A stretch of DNA of 63,201 nt, filler included, from Welwitschia mirabilis (GCA_051453625.1; 5 parts of one record of this genome joined end to end with filler, not necessarily neighbours in it), one strand, 5' to 3'; numbered from the whole stretch's first letter, positions 26,433 to 39,974 are shown. Translations and numbers: made by a program. The notes: a model not told the origin generated them from the letters alone.

Positions 26433-26532
26433 NNNNNNNNNNNNNNNNNNNNNNNNNNNNNNNNNNNNNNNNNNNNTTAATTAATTAANNNNNNNNNNNN
26501 NNNNNNNNNNNNNNNNNNNNNNNNNNNNNNNN
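26433..26532. other. Artificial scaffold linker N44-TTAATTAATTAA-N44
   Basis: The identical 100-nt construct (stops in all six frames) also occurs at 39875-39974, 55859-55958 and 58673-58772. Confidence 0.95.
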
Positions 26533-27871
26533 GTAGACCTTTGGGCAAATACTATAACTTACTATCATAAATAAATGCCACTAATATCATTAATAAGAAA
26601 TTAAAATTCCCAACTAAACACATATGTCATCTTTAGATGAACAAATACATATTTGATTAAAAGACTTCAATTTTCTTCAGTTATGTTCATCAGTTATAGA
26701 AAATTAACTTTTCTTTAGGAAAATCCTTTAGTTCTACTGACCAATAAACATCATTTATTTACCAATTCATATTAGGAATTTCATAAGTGTCATGAATAAA
26801 TGACTATTTATACATAACATTTTAATTAGTCTAGCTTGATCACNNNNNNNNNNNNNNNNNNNNNNNNNNNNNNNNNNNNNNNNNNNNNNNNNNNNNNNNN
26901 NNNATTAAGACATACATGGCAATATATAAAAATATTAGAAATTTCTCAAGAATTATCATAAAAGAGAAACTTCCATCACCAATAAGAAATTGCTATAAAA
27001 CTAAATTCGACAGTAACTAACCTCAAATATGAAGATTCATGTCAACTTTAGTGTAATGGCAAAATAATAAAATAAGTGCATTTACTAGACCATGCATAAG
27101 ACCCCTAAATATTTCATAATAAAGAACAAATTCTATTGTTGCTTACCTAGATGTGAAATATGAAGCATAAACATAAAGGTCAAAATTTTATTCAGCTTGA
27201 GGCAATTATCATCTATACATGGACATCAATGTCATCAGGGAGAGAAAAATTATCCACACTTCAAATTCTGAATTTTAATTCCAGAAATCATCAAAGAATT
27301 AAAAAATCTCATTAGATCAATTTTCTTTCATAGCAAATATAATTCATCATATGAAAAATCATAGATCTCTTAACACATGCTCTGACACCATGTGAGTGTA
27401 AGCATAAATCACTTTAATTTATAAGGATCTTAAAATCTATGATTTTTACATACCTAGCTTTGATGAAGAAGAAGCCATACCAACCAATTTATGTAGTACT
27501 CTAATAATTGGTTTTTCTCCCTTTTTCTCTTTTCTTTTTAAACACACTCTGTTCTGATGGAAATTTTGTGTGTACATTCTGGGCAGAGAGAGGACCAATT
27601 ATATATGCCTTTTAGTTTAAATTTGGAGCGTCCATCAAGCACCAACATGGGTGGATGAGATTAGCCCTTAATAACTTCCCAATTATTATAATTAATTATC
27701 AAGATAAATATAGGCAACTAACTATTAGTGGAAAGTTTCATGGTCAACTATTATCCCTTAATAATTATCAAGATCAATATAGGTAATTGACTATTAGTGG
27801 AAAGTTTAATGGTTAAATATTATCCACTAATTTTAGGCCTCAATTAAGTTATTAAATAGTAACTTCTAACA
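26533..27871 (-). mobile_element. Ty1/copia 5' end: LTR (~27391-27871), PBS and gag remnant
   Basis: gctctgacacca at 27379-27390 is the reverse complement of the iMet PBS (1 mismatch) and abuts TG at 27391. The putative LTR ends ...tctaaca at 27871 and has an internal 69-bp duplication (27693/27762). Confidence 0.7.
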
Positions 27872-28169
27872 TGACTTTGATGTCTTCTTAAGCAAGTTAT
27901 TCCTTTCTTCTCAGTATCTTCTAGTGATATAGAGGTTGGATCCAATAGCGTAGAGAATTTAGATCTTGCCTTTCTCCTTTGACGCTATGCCAAATTACAT
28001 AGCTGACTTTCTAGCTAAGAAAATTGTTTTTTCATTTACTTTAGTCTTCTACTTACTCTCTCTTTCATGCTTCTCCTTGGTGTTCTTCCCTATTGCATGA
28101 CTCCTGCTATCTTTTTTAGCACTGTTCTTTTTGCCCTTCATCTTTTTATTTCTTTGTGTTTTGCTCCTC

Positions 28170-28230
28170 TCTTTTTTTTCTTCTTCTTCTTCTTCTTCTA
28201 CTTTTTTTCCTGTTTTTTTTTTTTTTTTGG
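28170..28230. repeat. (TTC)n / poly-T low-complexity tract
   Basis: Seen directly; it produces the poly-Phe spurious ORF 28067-28252. Confidence 0.8.
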
Positions 28231-28364
28231 TTCTTTCCCCTTTTCTTTGTAGATTTGCTATGGTTCAATGGATTCTCCCATTAAAGCTACTTACTTCTTA
28301 TTAATTCTTGAACTCAAATTCTAACAAGTCCCCTAAGTTGGCCATGGCAAATGTGCTATCTCTT

Positions 28365-29520
28365 TCATGTTGTTTCGACTTTAGCTATAATTAGCAAACC
28401 AAAACTACACTTGTAGATGGCCAACGAGTTCTTTTGAAAAAATTCACAAAGAGAACACACAAGTTTATTTGAGCTTAAATTACATAATTTCATGCATATA
28501 TAACAATCCTTCTCTGTCATTTGGTTTCTTGTATTCTTCAAGTTATTGACATTATCATATTCAAAAACACTTTCTAAAACTGCAACAATTATTGTAGTTG
28601 TTGATAATTGTGGAACTTTCAATAATGCCCACAATGAATGTTACAAGAAAAAAAGAATATTATTAATGATCAGATGATGGATGGTAATTTAACAAAAAGA
28701 CATAATACAAATGAATGAGACTATAATGGGAGTGATTTTATCTATCATTTCCTTAGTTTGCATATGTTTGGAATTAAAAGAAGAGTGAATAGAAGTAGCA
28801 AATTCTTGAGTAGGTTTCCATTTGGTCAAATTTATAAAGCAAGATGATGACATTAGATGAAAACAACACAGTAAGGGTGTTGTGTTAACATAATCATGGT
28901 TAATCATCATTTTAGATGTCTTTTTATCTTGCAACCCAATTATCTCCACGTTATAGTTTACTTTAATTAAATTGAAAGGAAGGAAATGCAAACNNNNNNN
29001 NNNNNNNNNNNNNNNNNNNNNNNNNNNNNNNNNNNNNNNNNNNNNNNNNNNNNNNNNNNNNNNNNNNNNNNNNNNNNNNNNNNNNNNNNNNNNNNNNNNN
29101 NNNNNNNNNNNNNNNNNNNNNNNNNNNNNNNNNNNNNNNNNNNNNNNNNNNNNNNNNNNNNNNNNNNNNNNNNNNNNNNNNNNNNNNNNNNNNNNNNNNN
29201 NNNNNNNNNNNNNNNNNNNNNNNNNNNNNNNNNNNNNNNNNNNNNNNNNNNNNNNNNNNNNNNNNNNNNNNNNNNNNNNNNNNNNNNNNNNNNNNNNNNN
29301 NNNNNNNNNNNNNNNNNNNNNNNNNNNNNNNNNNNNNNNNNNNNNNNNNNNNNNNNNNNNNNNNNNNNNNNNNNNNNNNNNNNNNNNNNNNNNNNNNNNN
29401 NNNNNNNNNNNNNNNNNNNNNNNNNNNATTATCTCCACGTTATAGTTTACTTTTATTAAATTGAAAGGAAGGAAATGCAAACTAAGTAAAGACTAGAATT
29501 TCCACGAGAATACCAAAACA
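28365..29520 (-). mobile_element. Degenerate LINE endonuclease (ORF2 N-terminal) remnant
   Basis: Minus frame VFSWKF*SL...NYNVEIIGLQD has the spacing of the APE SWN.RGL...DI.GLQE motif. Confidence 0.45.
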
Positions 29521-31691
29521 AAATGTAGTCATTCCATTCATTTGAATCCTTCTCACAATTCAACACTTTGCCTCTAACATTCCAAGTTGTAGCAAATATG
29601 CATGACTTATGAAAGTGTGTAATTTTAAGTTTCATGTAGTGTCATATGAAGATGTCTTTTTTAATAAATGTTTTCTAGTATTTATCTTCAAAAATGAACA
29701 CCTATGCTTTTTAAACATATACTTCATTTTCCAAAGAATGCATACTATTTGAAAGAATATGTAATATTTTTGGCTAATCAAGCCACTCAGTTTTAGGTCC
29801 ATTTTAAGGCATCTTTGCTATATAAACCTTTAATGGCACAGAACTTTAAAACAAAAGGAGGTGATGTGAGATTAAGTCTAAGTAGTAAGATCCTAAAAAA
29901 CCCTTCAAACTATGAAAAAGTTATAGTGTGGTCCTTGCATATAAATCACTACACTTACAAATGCCTAGATGGGATTTCTCCCTGCTAATACACCTACTGG
30001 CATTAAGGTTGTATTGATATGTTACAATGTAGATGTTAACATTATCTGTCGAGGTAGTGGTGATGTACAATCAATTGGTGATAAAGCTAATATAATAGGA
30101 TCTAAAACTACAAAGTAGATCACTTGGCTTATTGGCATTGTAAGTAGATTCTCTTTGCATCTTCCCACTAAGAAAGAAAAATAATATAAGACTAATAATG
30201 ACATATGTAAACAGACTCTTGTATACTAGCCAAGTAATTCCAAGGATCCTAAAATCAATTATTGAGAAGAATTAGACTCACCGCTATATATTCTTCATTT
30301 ATTGCCATGCAACAATTTGAGAATACCCTATAATAATATCCATACTTACTTGGATATGGTACATTGACTAGGAAGATCCAGCAGTTGGTTGTCACTAAAA
30401 ATGAGGATCATCAAGATGTATAACAATGATATGAAATGGTGGAAAAATGAATAAATAAAAAAAGGACAAAAGCTAGAATTGAAAGGAAATAAAAGAGGGT
30501 GTGAAAAGGGATGTTCTCAACATTATGCCATACATGGATAATAGGAAAAAGATATAAAAAGAAAAAATAATAATGATAATGCTTAAGGGTAAAAGGGGGA
30601 ACATGAGGTGGACATTAAAGTTTAGTGATATTTTAAAAGGGAAATGGGGAAATGGGGTAATGAAAATGTGATTTATAGTAATAGTTTTTAGGGGGATAAA
30701 ATGTTTGATGGGGTAAAGTTAATGACAAGAAGGTAAGAAATAAAAATGTAAAACTCCCTTATTACAATTTCCTCCTTTTCACATGAGCTAAGTAGACAAG
30801 ACCTCATTTCAAAAATAAAGAAACTAGGATAGACATGCATCCTTATGAGTTTTTGCATGCTTGAGAAATTAATTAATTTTTTCTTTTTTTCTTTTCTTTT
30901 TTAATTTTTTTCCTTTTTTTTTCTTTTTTCTTTTTTGGTATAAAAGAAAATGTAACTAGGAACATGGTGAAAAATAAAGCAGTATGATGGAGTTGTGAAT
31001 ACTAGGTGAAATGAGGTAAATGGGATAATGCAAAGAAGGCAATGGAGATGAATGGTGGAAATCATGACATGTATGACAAATGAAAAAACAATATGTATAC
31101 TACTGTCTAGTGAAATGACAAACATGATGCATGACCAAGTAGCATAGGAAGGCTCATGAAAAGGTGTCAATCACAATAAAGAAAGGATTAGATACATCAT
31201 CATCAAAGTGGTAATATTAAATGTTATTACCTTCCTTCTTGATAGGTAGAGACTCATGAGGTGGAAACTAAATTATAGCAAATCCAGGATCATATGCAAC
31301 AAAACAACCCCTACCATGTGCATGCAATGCATTCCTTCCTCTACTTTGTCCACATAAATTGTCAAGGTGTACCCTTTTAACATTCTGATGTATATGCTCA
31401 AGCATTATCTACAAAACATACATAAATTATTCAAAATAATTCAAATGTGAAATCTTCATGATTTGTGTATGAGAGAATGCTAAATGTAACAGTAAATGCA
31501 TGGAATAAACAACAAAAATGCAGAAATTAAATGATCATAGCAATAAGGATATGACTTATAGTACAAATGCCACTCATAGTATGGTCAAAGATAGAAAGAG
31601 TTTATTAATTCTTTATTCTCAATATTATCTAGGTTTTTGAGTTTGTATGTTTTTTATAATCCTAAATATTGTCTAGGTTTTTAAGTTTGTA

Positions 31692-33846
31692 TGTTCCTTT
31701 TAATAGGTTCAAGAACCCGAGAAGTGGGGGGAGAGGGGNNNNNNNNNNNNNNNNNNNNNNNNNNNNNNNNNNNNNNNNNNNNNNNNNNNNNNNNNNNNNN
31801 NNNNNNNNNNNNNNNNNNNNNNNNNNNNNNNNNNNNNNNNNNNNNNNNNNNNNNNNNNNNNNNNNNNNNNNNNNNNNNNNNNNNNNNNNNNNNNNNNNNN
31901 NNNNNNNNNNNNNNNNNNNNNNNNNNNNCCCCTACTCCACTCTTGATAGTTAGCTTCTCTCAAGCTCAATCTTGGATCTCTGTTACTCCAAAGGTTTTCC
32001 AGGTTTACCTGTAATCCTTATAAGCAGATTTTATAGGCTAAGTCTCAACCTTCACAATGGACTTTTGCAGGCTAAGTCTTAACCTTCACAATGAACTTTT
32101 ATAGAATAAGTCTCAACCTTTGTAATGGACTTTTACAGGCTTAAGTCTTAACCTTTGAAAGTAATGGATGTGATGAAGTGATGCTTTGATTGCTCAAATA
32201 TCACACGTTCTATTGTAGTGCAATGAATGGAGCTCTTCGCTAATAGATCACANNNNNNNNNNNNNNNNNNNNNNNNNNNNNNNNNNNNNNNNNNNNNNNN
32301 NNNNNNNNNNNNNNNNNNNNNNNNNNNNNNNNNNNNNNNNNNNNNNNNNNNNTATCACACGTTCTGTGGTAGTACAATGAATGGAGCTCTTCTCTAATAG
32401 ATCACAATGATAAAGCTCTTAGATCTAATTTTAAATGAAGCTCTTATGCCAAAGATAGATCTCCTCAATCAGATGTGAAGCAATACAATGATACACCAAT
32501 GAAAAAACACCTTGATCTTTCCAATCCACAATAATTATACCAAATAACAACAGTGCCAAAAGATCTCTAGGTTAACAATAACATAGCTATTTATAATGGA
32601 GGACTAATAGGGTTTATTACAAANNNNNNNNNNNNNNNNNNNNNNNNNNNNNNNNNNNNNNNNNNNNNNNNNNNNNNNNNNNNNNNNNNNNNNNNNNNNN
32701 NNNNNNNNNNNNNNNNNNNNNNNNNNNNNNNNNNNNNNNNNNNNNNNNNNNNNNNNNNNNNNNNNNNNNNNNNNNNNNNNNNNNNNNNNNNNNNNNNNNN
32801 NNNNNNNNNNNNNNNNNNNNNNNNNNNNNNNNNNNNNNNNNNNNNNNNNNNNNNNNNNNNNNNNNNNNNNNNNNNNNNNNNNNNNNNNNNNNNNNNNNNN
32901 NNNNNNNNNNNNNNNNNNNNNNNNNNNNNNNNNNNNNNNNNNNNNNNNNNNNNNNNNNNNNNNNNNNNNNNNNNNNNNNNNNNNNNNNNNNNNNNNNNNN
33001 NNNNNNNNNNNNNNNNNNNNNNNNNNNNNNNNNNNNNNNNNNNNNNNNNNNNNNNNNNNNNNNNNNNNNNNNNNNNNNNNNNNNNNNNNNNNNNNNNNNN
33101 NNNNNNNNNNNNNNNNNNNNNNNNNNNNNNNNNNNNNNNNNNNNNNNNNNNNNNNNNNNNNNNNNNNNNNNNNNNNNNNNNNNNNNNNNNNNNNNNNNNN
33201 NNNNNNNNNNNNNNNNNNNNNNNNNNNNNNNNNNNNNNNNNNNNNNNNNNNNNNNNNNNNNNNNNNNNNNNNNNNNNNNNNNNNNNNNNNNNNNNNNNNN
33301 NNNNAATGGCTAAGAAATGGATTCATAACATTTAGAAATTTTTCTTTTCTACATCATCTGGTTAACTCCATAAAAATCGGTTGCCTCAGATTTTTACGTC
33401 TCGAAGTCTGGTCAACCTTGTTCGGGTCCGGTCAATCCAAGTTTGGTTGATACCATCCTGGGTTTGGTCGACCCCTTACCTCTCGGTCTGAGTTTATTAC
33501 CTGTCAGTTTCTCAAATCTAGTCAACTCCATGAAAATCTAGTCGACCCTTTTCCATTCGGTCTAGGAATACTAACTTTCAGGTTACAGGTCTGGTCGACT
33601 CCATTAGAATCTGGTCGACCCCTTTGGGTGTAATCCATTTTATTTGCGATAGCTTTAGGTGCGGTCGACCCCTTTAGGATCCAGTCAATCCTGACTAAAG
33701 GGTAAATTATCTCAGCAAGTTTCTAGTACATATTTTGGTCCAATTATTCCAACCTGCAAAACTCAATCTCATCTGCACAAAAGACATACCATTTTCACTN
33801 NNNNNNNNNNNNNNNNNNNNNNNNAATTGATAAATAAAATCTAACA
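31692..33846 (-). repeat. Sirevirus-like 3' LTR with 34-bp tandem array, TATA box and palindromic repeated motifs
   Basis: 34-bp unit x~4 at 32027-32156; TATAAATAG (minus) at 32587-32595; GGTCGACCC motif cluster at 33360-33692; PPT (atctttcccttt on +) adjoins 33846. The left boundary is approximate. Confidence 0.75.
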
Positions 33847-34789
33847 ATCTTTCCCTTTAACATTGATGGAAAACAAATAAGTGATTTTAAGAAAATGGAA
33901 CAATTTTAAGCTCTCTCACCAAATAATTTTAGGCACATTATAATCAACACTCCCCCTTAGATCAAGCCATATAAACATTTAAGTAGAAATAAGAACTTCT
34001 CTCCCTTTGACAAAGTTTTTCAATAAAAATACTTTGAAAGCATAACATCTTCAAGAAAAAAAAAAACTTTTGAAAGCACTACATCTTCTTTCCTCCTTTG
34101 ACATCAATGACAAATAAATATAAAACTTAGATATATAGCCAGAATTATTAACAAAAAATTCCCTTATCTTGATACCAAATGATAAAAANNNNNNNNNNAA
34201 TTTTGTGCATTTAAATGATACAATTATATTATGCACAATTTGAGAAAACATCATAATACTAAATGATAATGCAAAATTAGAAACGCTTATTACAAATATT
34301 TTGGTTCATTTTTAATTGAGAGAATAATCTAATTCTTTCAAAACAAGTACATATAATTTTATGTTACAAACTGAGAAATACCAAATGATGCAAAGTGATA
34401 TACAAAGATTGTGCTAAAATAAATAACTGATTTTCATTAAGAAACAAACCATTACAAGGATTATAACTAAAAATAAAAAGTGCTCATCAAGAGCATACAT
34501 TTGAAAATTAAAAAAATAAGCACATAATAAATCTCTCCTTTTTGACNNNNNNNNNNNNNNNNNNNNNNNNNNNNNNNNNNNNNNNNNNNNNNNNNNNNNN
34601 NNNNNNNNNNNNNNNNNNNNNNNNNNNNNNNNNNNNNNNNNNNNNNCTAAAAATAAACAGTGCTCATCAAGAGCATACATCTGAAAATTAAAAAAATAAG
34701 CACATAATAAATCTCTCCTTTTTGACAACAAGGGCAAGGAGAGAACACTAAAGTATGATCTGAAAAACAAGAAATTTTAGTTTGATTCT

Positions 34790-35908
34790 TCCTCTTCTTC
34801 TTCATCCTCTTCAGATTCTTCCTCTGAATCTTTTTCATCTCTACCAATACGAGTAGAGCCGGTACCTTCACCTGAGGTATCTAGAATTTCATATCCAACT
34901 GTAATGAGTGCTTCTTTCATGTATCTAGTGCAGTGTTAATCCATTTCAGATATGAAAGAGTCTCATCTGGAGATGTTGCTTTTGGAGTTTCAGAAGGGGA
35001 TTTCTTTGAAAGGGTAAAGATATGCATGTGAGATAAAGTCACATGTCCAATGGATGATAAAGGCTGAAGAGACTCCAAAGAAGGATACAGATTAACACAA
35101 AAATGATGACAGATTTTAGTGATAATCACAAAATAGGGTAGAGCCCTAGTTTTGTGGTACTCCAACTGTGAAGCAATATTTTTTAGCATTATGACAGAAG
35201 CATCAATAGAATGCTCAGTTGCTGCCAAATACATCAAATATGCTTTGTAGTTAGAGTCCTCATCACGATGGCTAGCTAACAAAAAAAAGTTATAAGTAAA
35301 AATCAAATGGATGAAATGATATTTGGGAGTTAATAAAGAAGTAGATAAAGTATGTTTCCAAGAATGCACTCTACCATAAAGCTCCCTGGTTACTGTCGGT
35401 TTGTCCTCTATGGTATCTCTGAGAGGAGAAAACTATTCATAGTCTTTCCTTGAAAGATCAGTCAACTCAAAAATGAGTTTTTCAGTCACTCTCATCCTCT
35501 TATCTAAAATAAGGATTTCCAGAGTTCTAGTATCATGATTAAAAGAAGCATTGTAATAAAACATTCTAATAAGAAAAGAATAAGAGGGACCTGAGACATC
35601 TAAGAAGTGGTCTAGATCTTGATCTCTCAATATTTGGATTACCTTTCTGAGTTCCCTGAGTTCAGATGTGGCTATAGACCTTTCCTGATACATAACTTTC
35701 TTCTCAAANNNNNNNNNNNNNNNNNNNNNNNNNNNNNNNNNNNNNNNNNNNNNNNNNNNNNNNNNNNNNNNNNNNNNNNNNNNNNNNNNNNNNNNNNNNN
35801 NNNNNNNNTTCTGAGTTCCCTGAGTTCAGATGTGGCTATAGACCTTTCCTGATACATAACTTTCTTCTCAAACTTATCAGAGAACTTGTCAATGTCTTCT
35901 TTAGACAT
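34790..35908 (-). pseudogene. env-like / 'putative plant transposon protein' ORF of the Sirevirus-like element
   Basis: ORFs 35672-35908, 35433-35693 and 34917-35369 read MSKEDIDKF...QERSI...SYSFLIRMFYYN...LPYFVIITKICHHFCV, followed by an acidic tail. Position between pol and the MPPT region is typical. Confidence 0.7.
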
Positions 35909-38900
35909 TCCTTGATAGAAGCAGAAGGGTTCCCTTAAAGCAGCCTCTTTTGCACTTCTCTTGAAAAAGCTGGCAGCTATTCTAAGACTTTTGAAGGAAA
36001 GAGTACTAATAAAAACACTGGATTTGGCAGCAAGATCTCTAGATCTGAAAAGAAACTCACTAGATCTGAAGGCTTGAAGATACTAGAACACAATGAAATC
36101 AAGTTATGGTTCTATCTCTTTTATAGACTAAGGGAAATAGGGCGAATTTCAGAAAGAAATAAGGTCCACTGACTATACTTGCGCACTATAATCTGCTAGG
36201 TCCAGTCAACCACTTGAACATCCGGTTGATCCGTCGAGACATGGGTCTATAGTACTAGAATGGATCTGGGCAACTAGGCTCTTAATCTAGTCGACCCATC
36301 ATATCCGGTCGACTGAATCATAGATCCACTCAACCGCCCTGTAATTAGTCAAGGGACGGTGTACTGACCTCCAGATCACTTCCATGATAATTAAATTGAT
36401 TATGAGAACATCACAATTAAGTGAATAACATTTAGTTGTATCAAAATATTTCTTAAAGTTTTGGTTTGCATGGAACATTTGATCAAATGATTTGACATCT
36501 AATCTACAAGCATTATCAATACATTTTACATAAAAAATAGTAACATTCATTTTTTCATTCTCAACAATGCATTTCAATTTATCAAATATTATTCTATGCC
36601 CTTTATCAAAAATACTAACACTTAATAAATTATGTTATAAACCATTCACATCAAGTACATTATTAAGATTAGATGACATACCTCCTTTGATGCTTCCTGT
36701 ACCTTTTATTTTTGTTGTTTGGTTGTTTTCAAAAATGACTTCTCTATCATTTATGCTCTTTAATCTTTGAAAACTTAATTTATCTCCTATCATATGCATT
36801 GAACAACTACTACCTAGATATCAACTTTTTACATGAGATTCTCTATAATTTATCTGTGACACAAAGCTTTGGAGATTATTAGCTTTAACCAACTTAGTCT
36901 TATTTAGCTTAGGTCGTATATTCTTCTTAAGGATAAATTTAAATAATAAAGCATTTACATGTTTCTAACATCATATATTTAAATTTTCAAAATAGTTTAG
37001 AACAATCACGTCTACTACAAAAATTGTATAAGATATTTGACATATACTTACTTGTTTGATTTACATGTTTTTGTGAAATTTGTGATTTAAAACCAATACC
37101 TGATTTATTTCCATTTTTCTTTCATATTTCAAACATTAATTCTAATTTGGATGAACTACCAAAAAACTTATTTACAAAGAGTGAAAGATCATTTACTTGA
37201 GTAATTAACTTGAAGTTATTAGCTTTGATTACTTTGCACTTTTCTTCCACTTCCTCCTTTTCTGTTGTAATGGTATTCACCATTTTGTTTAACTTATTGA
37301 TTATTTTGGTGAGTTTATCACATTCTTCATATAACTCTTGACAGGTTTCTTCTAACTTATCTTCCTCTTTATCAATCATATCTAAGTCATCTGATGTTGA
37401 AGTACTAGGCACATTCTTGAGAGATGATACTAGGGCCATGAAAGANNNNNNNNNNNNNNNNNNNNNNNNNNNNNNNNNNNNNNNNNNNNNNNNNNNNNNN
37501 NNNNNNNNNNNNNNNNNNNNNNNNNNNNNNNNNNNNNNNNNNNNNCTTCCTGTACCTTTTATTTTTGATGTTTGGTTGTTTTCAAAAATAACTTATCCTT
37601 TATTTATGCTATTCAGGTTCTAAAACCTTGATTTATCTCCTGTCATGTGTATTGAGCAACTGCTATCTAATACCAACTATTCAAATGTGATCCTCTATAA
37701 TCTATCTGTGTCATAAAGCTTTAAAGATTATTAGCTTTAACCCACTTAGTCTTAATTGACTTAGGTGGTATACTTTTCTTTTGAATAAACTTAAAAGGAA
37801 ATTGATTTACATCATCAGAAAACAACATTAAATGTCTAACTTTACAAAAATATTTAGAATGATCAAATCTACCACAAAAATTACACAAAAGATTAGGCAC
37901 ATACTTACTTGTTTGGTTTACTTGTTTTGGTGATATTTGTACATCAAACCCAATACCTGATTTGTTTCTGTTTGGATTTCTTACTCTAAGCATATGTTTC
38001 AATTTAGATGAAATACCAGAAAATTTATTTACAAAAAATAAAAGATCATTTATCTGAATAGTTAACTTGATGTTATCGGATTTGAGAACCTTGCACTTCT
38101 CTTCCACTTCCTCCTTTTATTTTGTAATGATCTTTACCATTTTGTTCAATTCATTGATTCTTTTGATGAGATTCTCACACTTTTCATACAATTCTTAGCA
38201 TGTTCCTTCTAGCTCATCTTTTTCATTAATCATATCTAAATCATTTGGTCATGAAGTACTGGGTATATTTTTGAGTAATGGTACTAGAGCCATGAAAGAT
38301 AACCTCCTATCTCTGTATGATCCATGATCTGAGTATTTTTCTCATCTTCATCATCTTTATTATCCCAAGTTACCATGAATGAAGAGTTTCTAGACCTCTT
38401 ATTTTCTCTCCTCGTGTTGGAACACTTATTGGCCATATGTCCAAATCCTTTTCATGAATAGCACTAGATTTCCTTTCCCTTTTCTTGCTCCTTTCTTTAT
38501 CTTGGGTTGTTTCTCTTTGAATTTCTACTTGATGCACCTTCCTTTTTCTTGTAAAAAAAGCTTTTTCAATCGCCTAGCTAGAAGNNNNNNNNNNNNNNNN
38601 NNNNNNNNNNNNNNNNNNNNNNNNNNNNNNNNNNNNNNNNNNNNNNNNNNNNNNNNNNNNNNNNNNNNNNNNNNNNNNNNNNNNATTCACCTTCCTTTTT
38701 CCTATAAAAAAAGCTTTTTCAATCGCCTATCTAGAAGAGCCACTTTATCGTCATCAAGTTCTTCATTTGAATTGACTAATTTGTGGTCCTTCTACACACA
38801 TTTCAAAGCAATACCTTTTCTTCTATCTTTAGTAATCTCAAGCTTATAGATTTGAAGATTACCTTGAAGTTCTTCTAATGCCATGACATTGATTTTTTTG

Positions 38901-39974
38901 CTTTCTTCTATGGCTNNNNNNNNNNNNNNNNNNNNNNNNNNNNNNNNNNNNNNNNNNNNNNNNNNNNNNNNNNNNNNNNNNNNNNNNNNNNNNNNNNNNN
39001 NNNNNNNNNNNNNNNNNNNNNNNNNNNNNNNNNNNNNNNNNNNNNNNNNNNNNNNNNNNNNNNNNNNNNNNNNNNNNNNNNNNNNNNNNNNNNNNNNNNN
39101 NNNNNNNNNNNNNNNNNNNNNNNNNNNNNNNNNNNNNNNNNNNNNNNNNNNNNNNNNNNNNNNNNNNNNNNNNNNNNNNNNNNNNNNNNNNNNNNNNNNN
39201 NNNNNNNNNNNNNNNNNNNNNNNNNNNNNNNNNNNNNNNNNNNNNNNNNNNNNNNNNNNNNNNNNNNNNNNNNNNNNNNNNNNNNNNNNNNNNNNNNNNN
39301 NNNNNNNNNNNNNNNNNNNNNNNNNNNNNNNNNNNNNNNNNNNNNNNNNNNNNNNNNNNNNNNNNNNNNNNNNNNNNNNNNNNNNNNNNNNNNNNNNNNN
39401 NNNNNNNNNNNNNNNNNNNNNNNNNNNNNNNNNNNNNNNNNNNNNNNNNNNNNNNNNNNNNNNNNNNNNNNNNNNNNNNNNNNNNNNNNNNNNNNNNNNN
39501 NNNNNNNNNNNNNNNNNNNNNNNNNNNNNNNNNNNNNNNNNNNNNNNNNNNNNNNNNNNNNNNNNNNNNNNNNNNNNNNNNNNNNNNNNNNNNNNNNNNN
39601 NNNNNNNNNNNNNNNNNNNNNNNNNNNNNNNNNNNNNNNNNNNATATGAAAATAACTAAATCAAGAATGTGCATATAATAATGAAAAACTAAAAGTAAAG
39701 AATCAAAATAAAATTCACAAGCTACCAATTTCAATGCATGCCAAATTTATAGTGGTTCAGAAACTCTCCTACTCTACTCTTGACGATCAGCTTCTCTCAA
39801 GCTCGATCTTGGATCTCTGTTACTCAAAAGGTTTTCCAAGTTTACCTGTAACCCTTACAAATGGACTTTTATAGNNNNNNNNNNNNNNNNNNNNNNNNNN
39901 NNNNNNNNNNNNNNNNNNTTAATTAATTAANNNNNNNNNNNNNNNNNNNNNNNNNNNNNNNNNNNNNNNNNNNN

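Larger units (their letters stand above)
31692..39874 (-). mobile_element. Sirevirus (SIRE/Maximus)-like copia derivative with gag-PR and env-like ORF, INT/RT/RH deleted
   Basis: The left LTR (~31692-33846) matches a partial right LTR (31929-32040 vs 39768-39874). Multiple PPT-like tracts at 33847-34730. Gag AIEESK...LEELQGNL (~38915-38850), two zinc knuckles, protease W.LDSSCSIHMTGDK (~37675-37630), and a FYYN-type env-like ORF. The right end is cut by a linker. Confidence 0.85.

Noticed and set aside
26477..26488. TTAATTAATTAA palindrome recurring four times (also 39919, 55903, 58717)
   Set aside because: Always centred in exactly 44+44 Ns; an artificial six-frame-stop linker, not biology.
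29540..29605. FATTWNVRGK on the minus strand as an inositol 5-phosphatase exon
   Set aside because: A single short motif with no supporting exons; it is shared with LINE endonucleases and sits next to a LINE remnant.
33360..33692. CRISPR-like repeat-spacer appearance
   Set aside because: Degenerate repeats, irregular spacers, no cas genes, plant nuclear context; it lies within a retrotransposon LTR.
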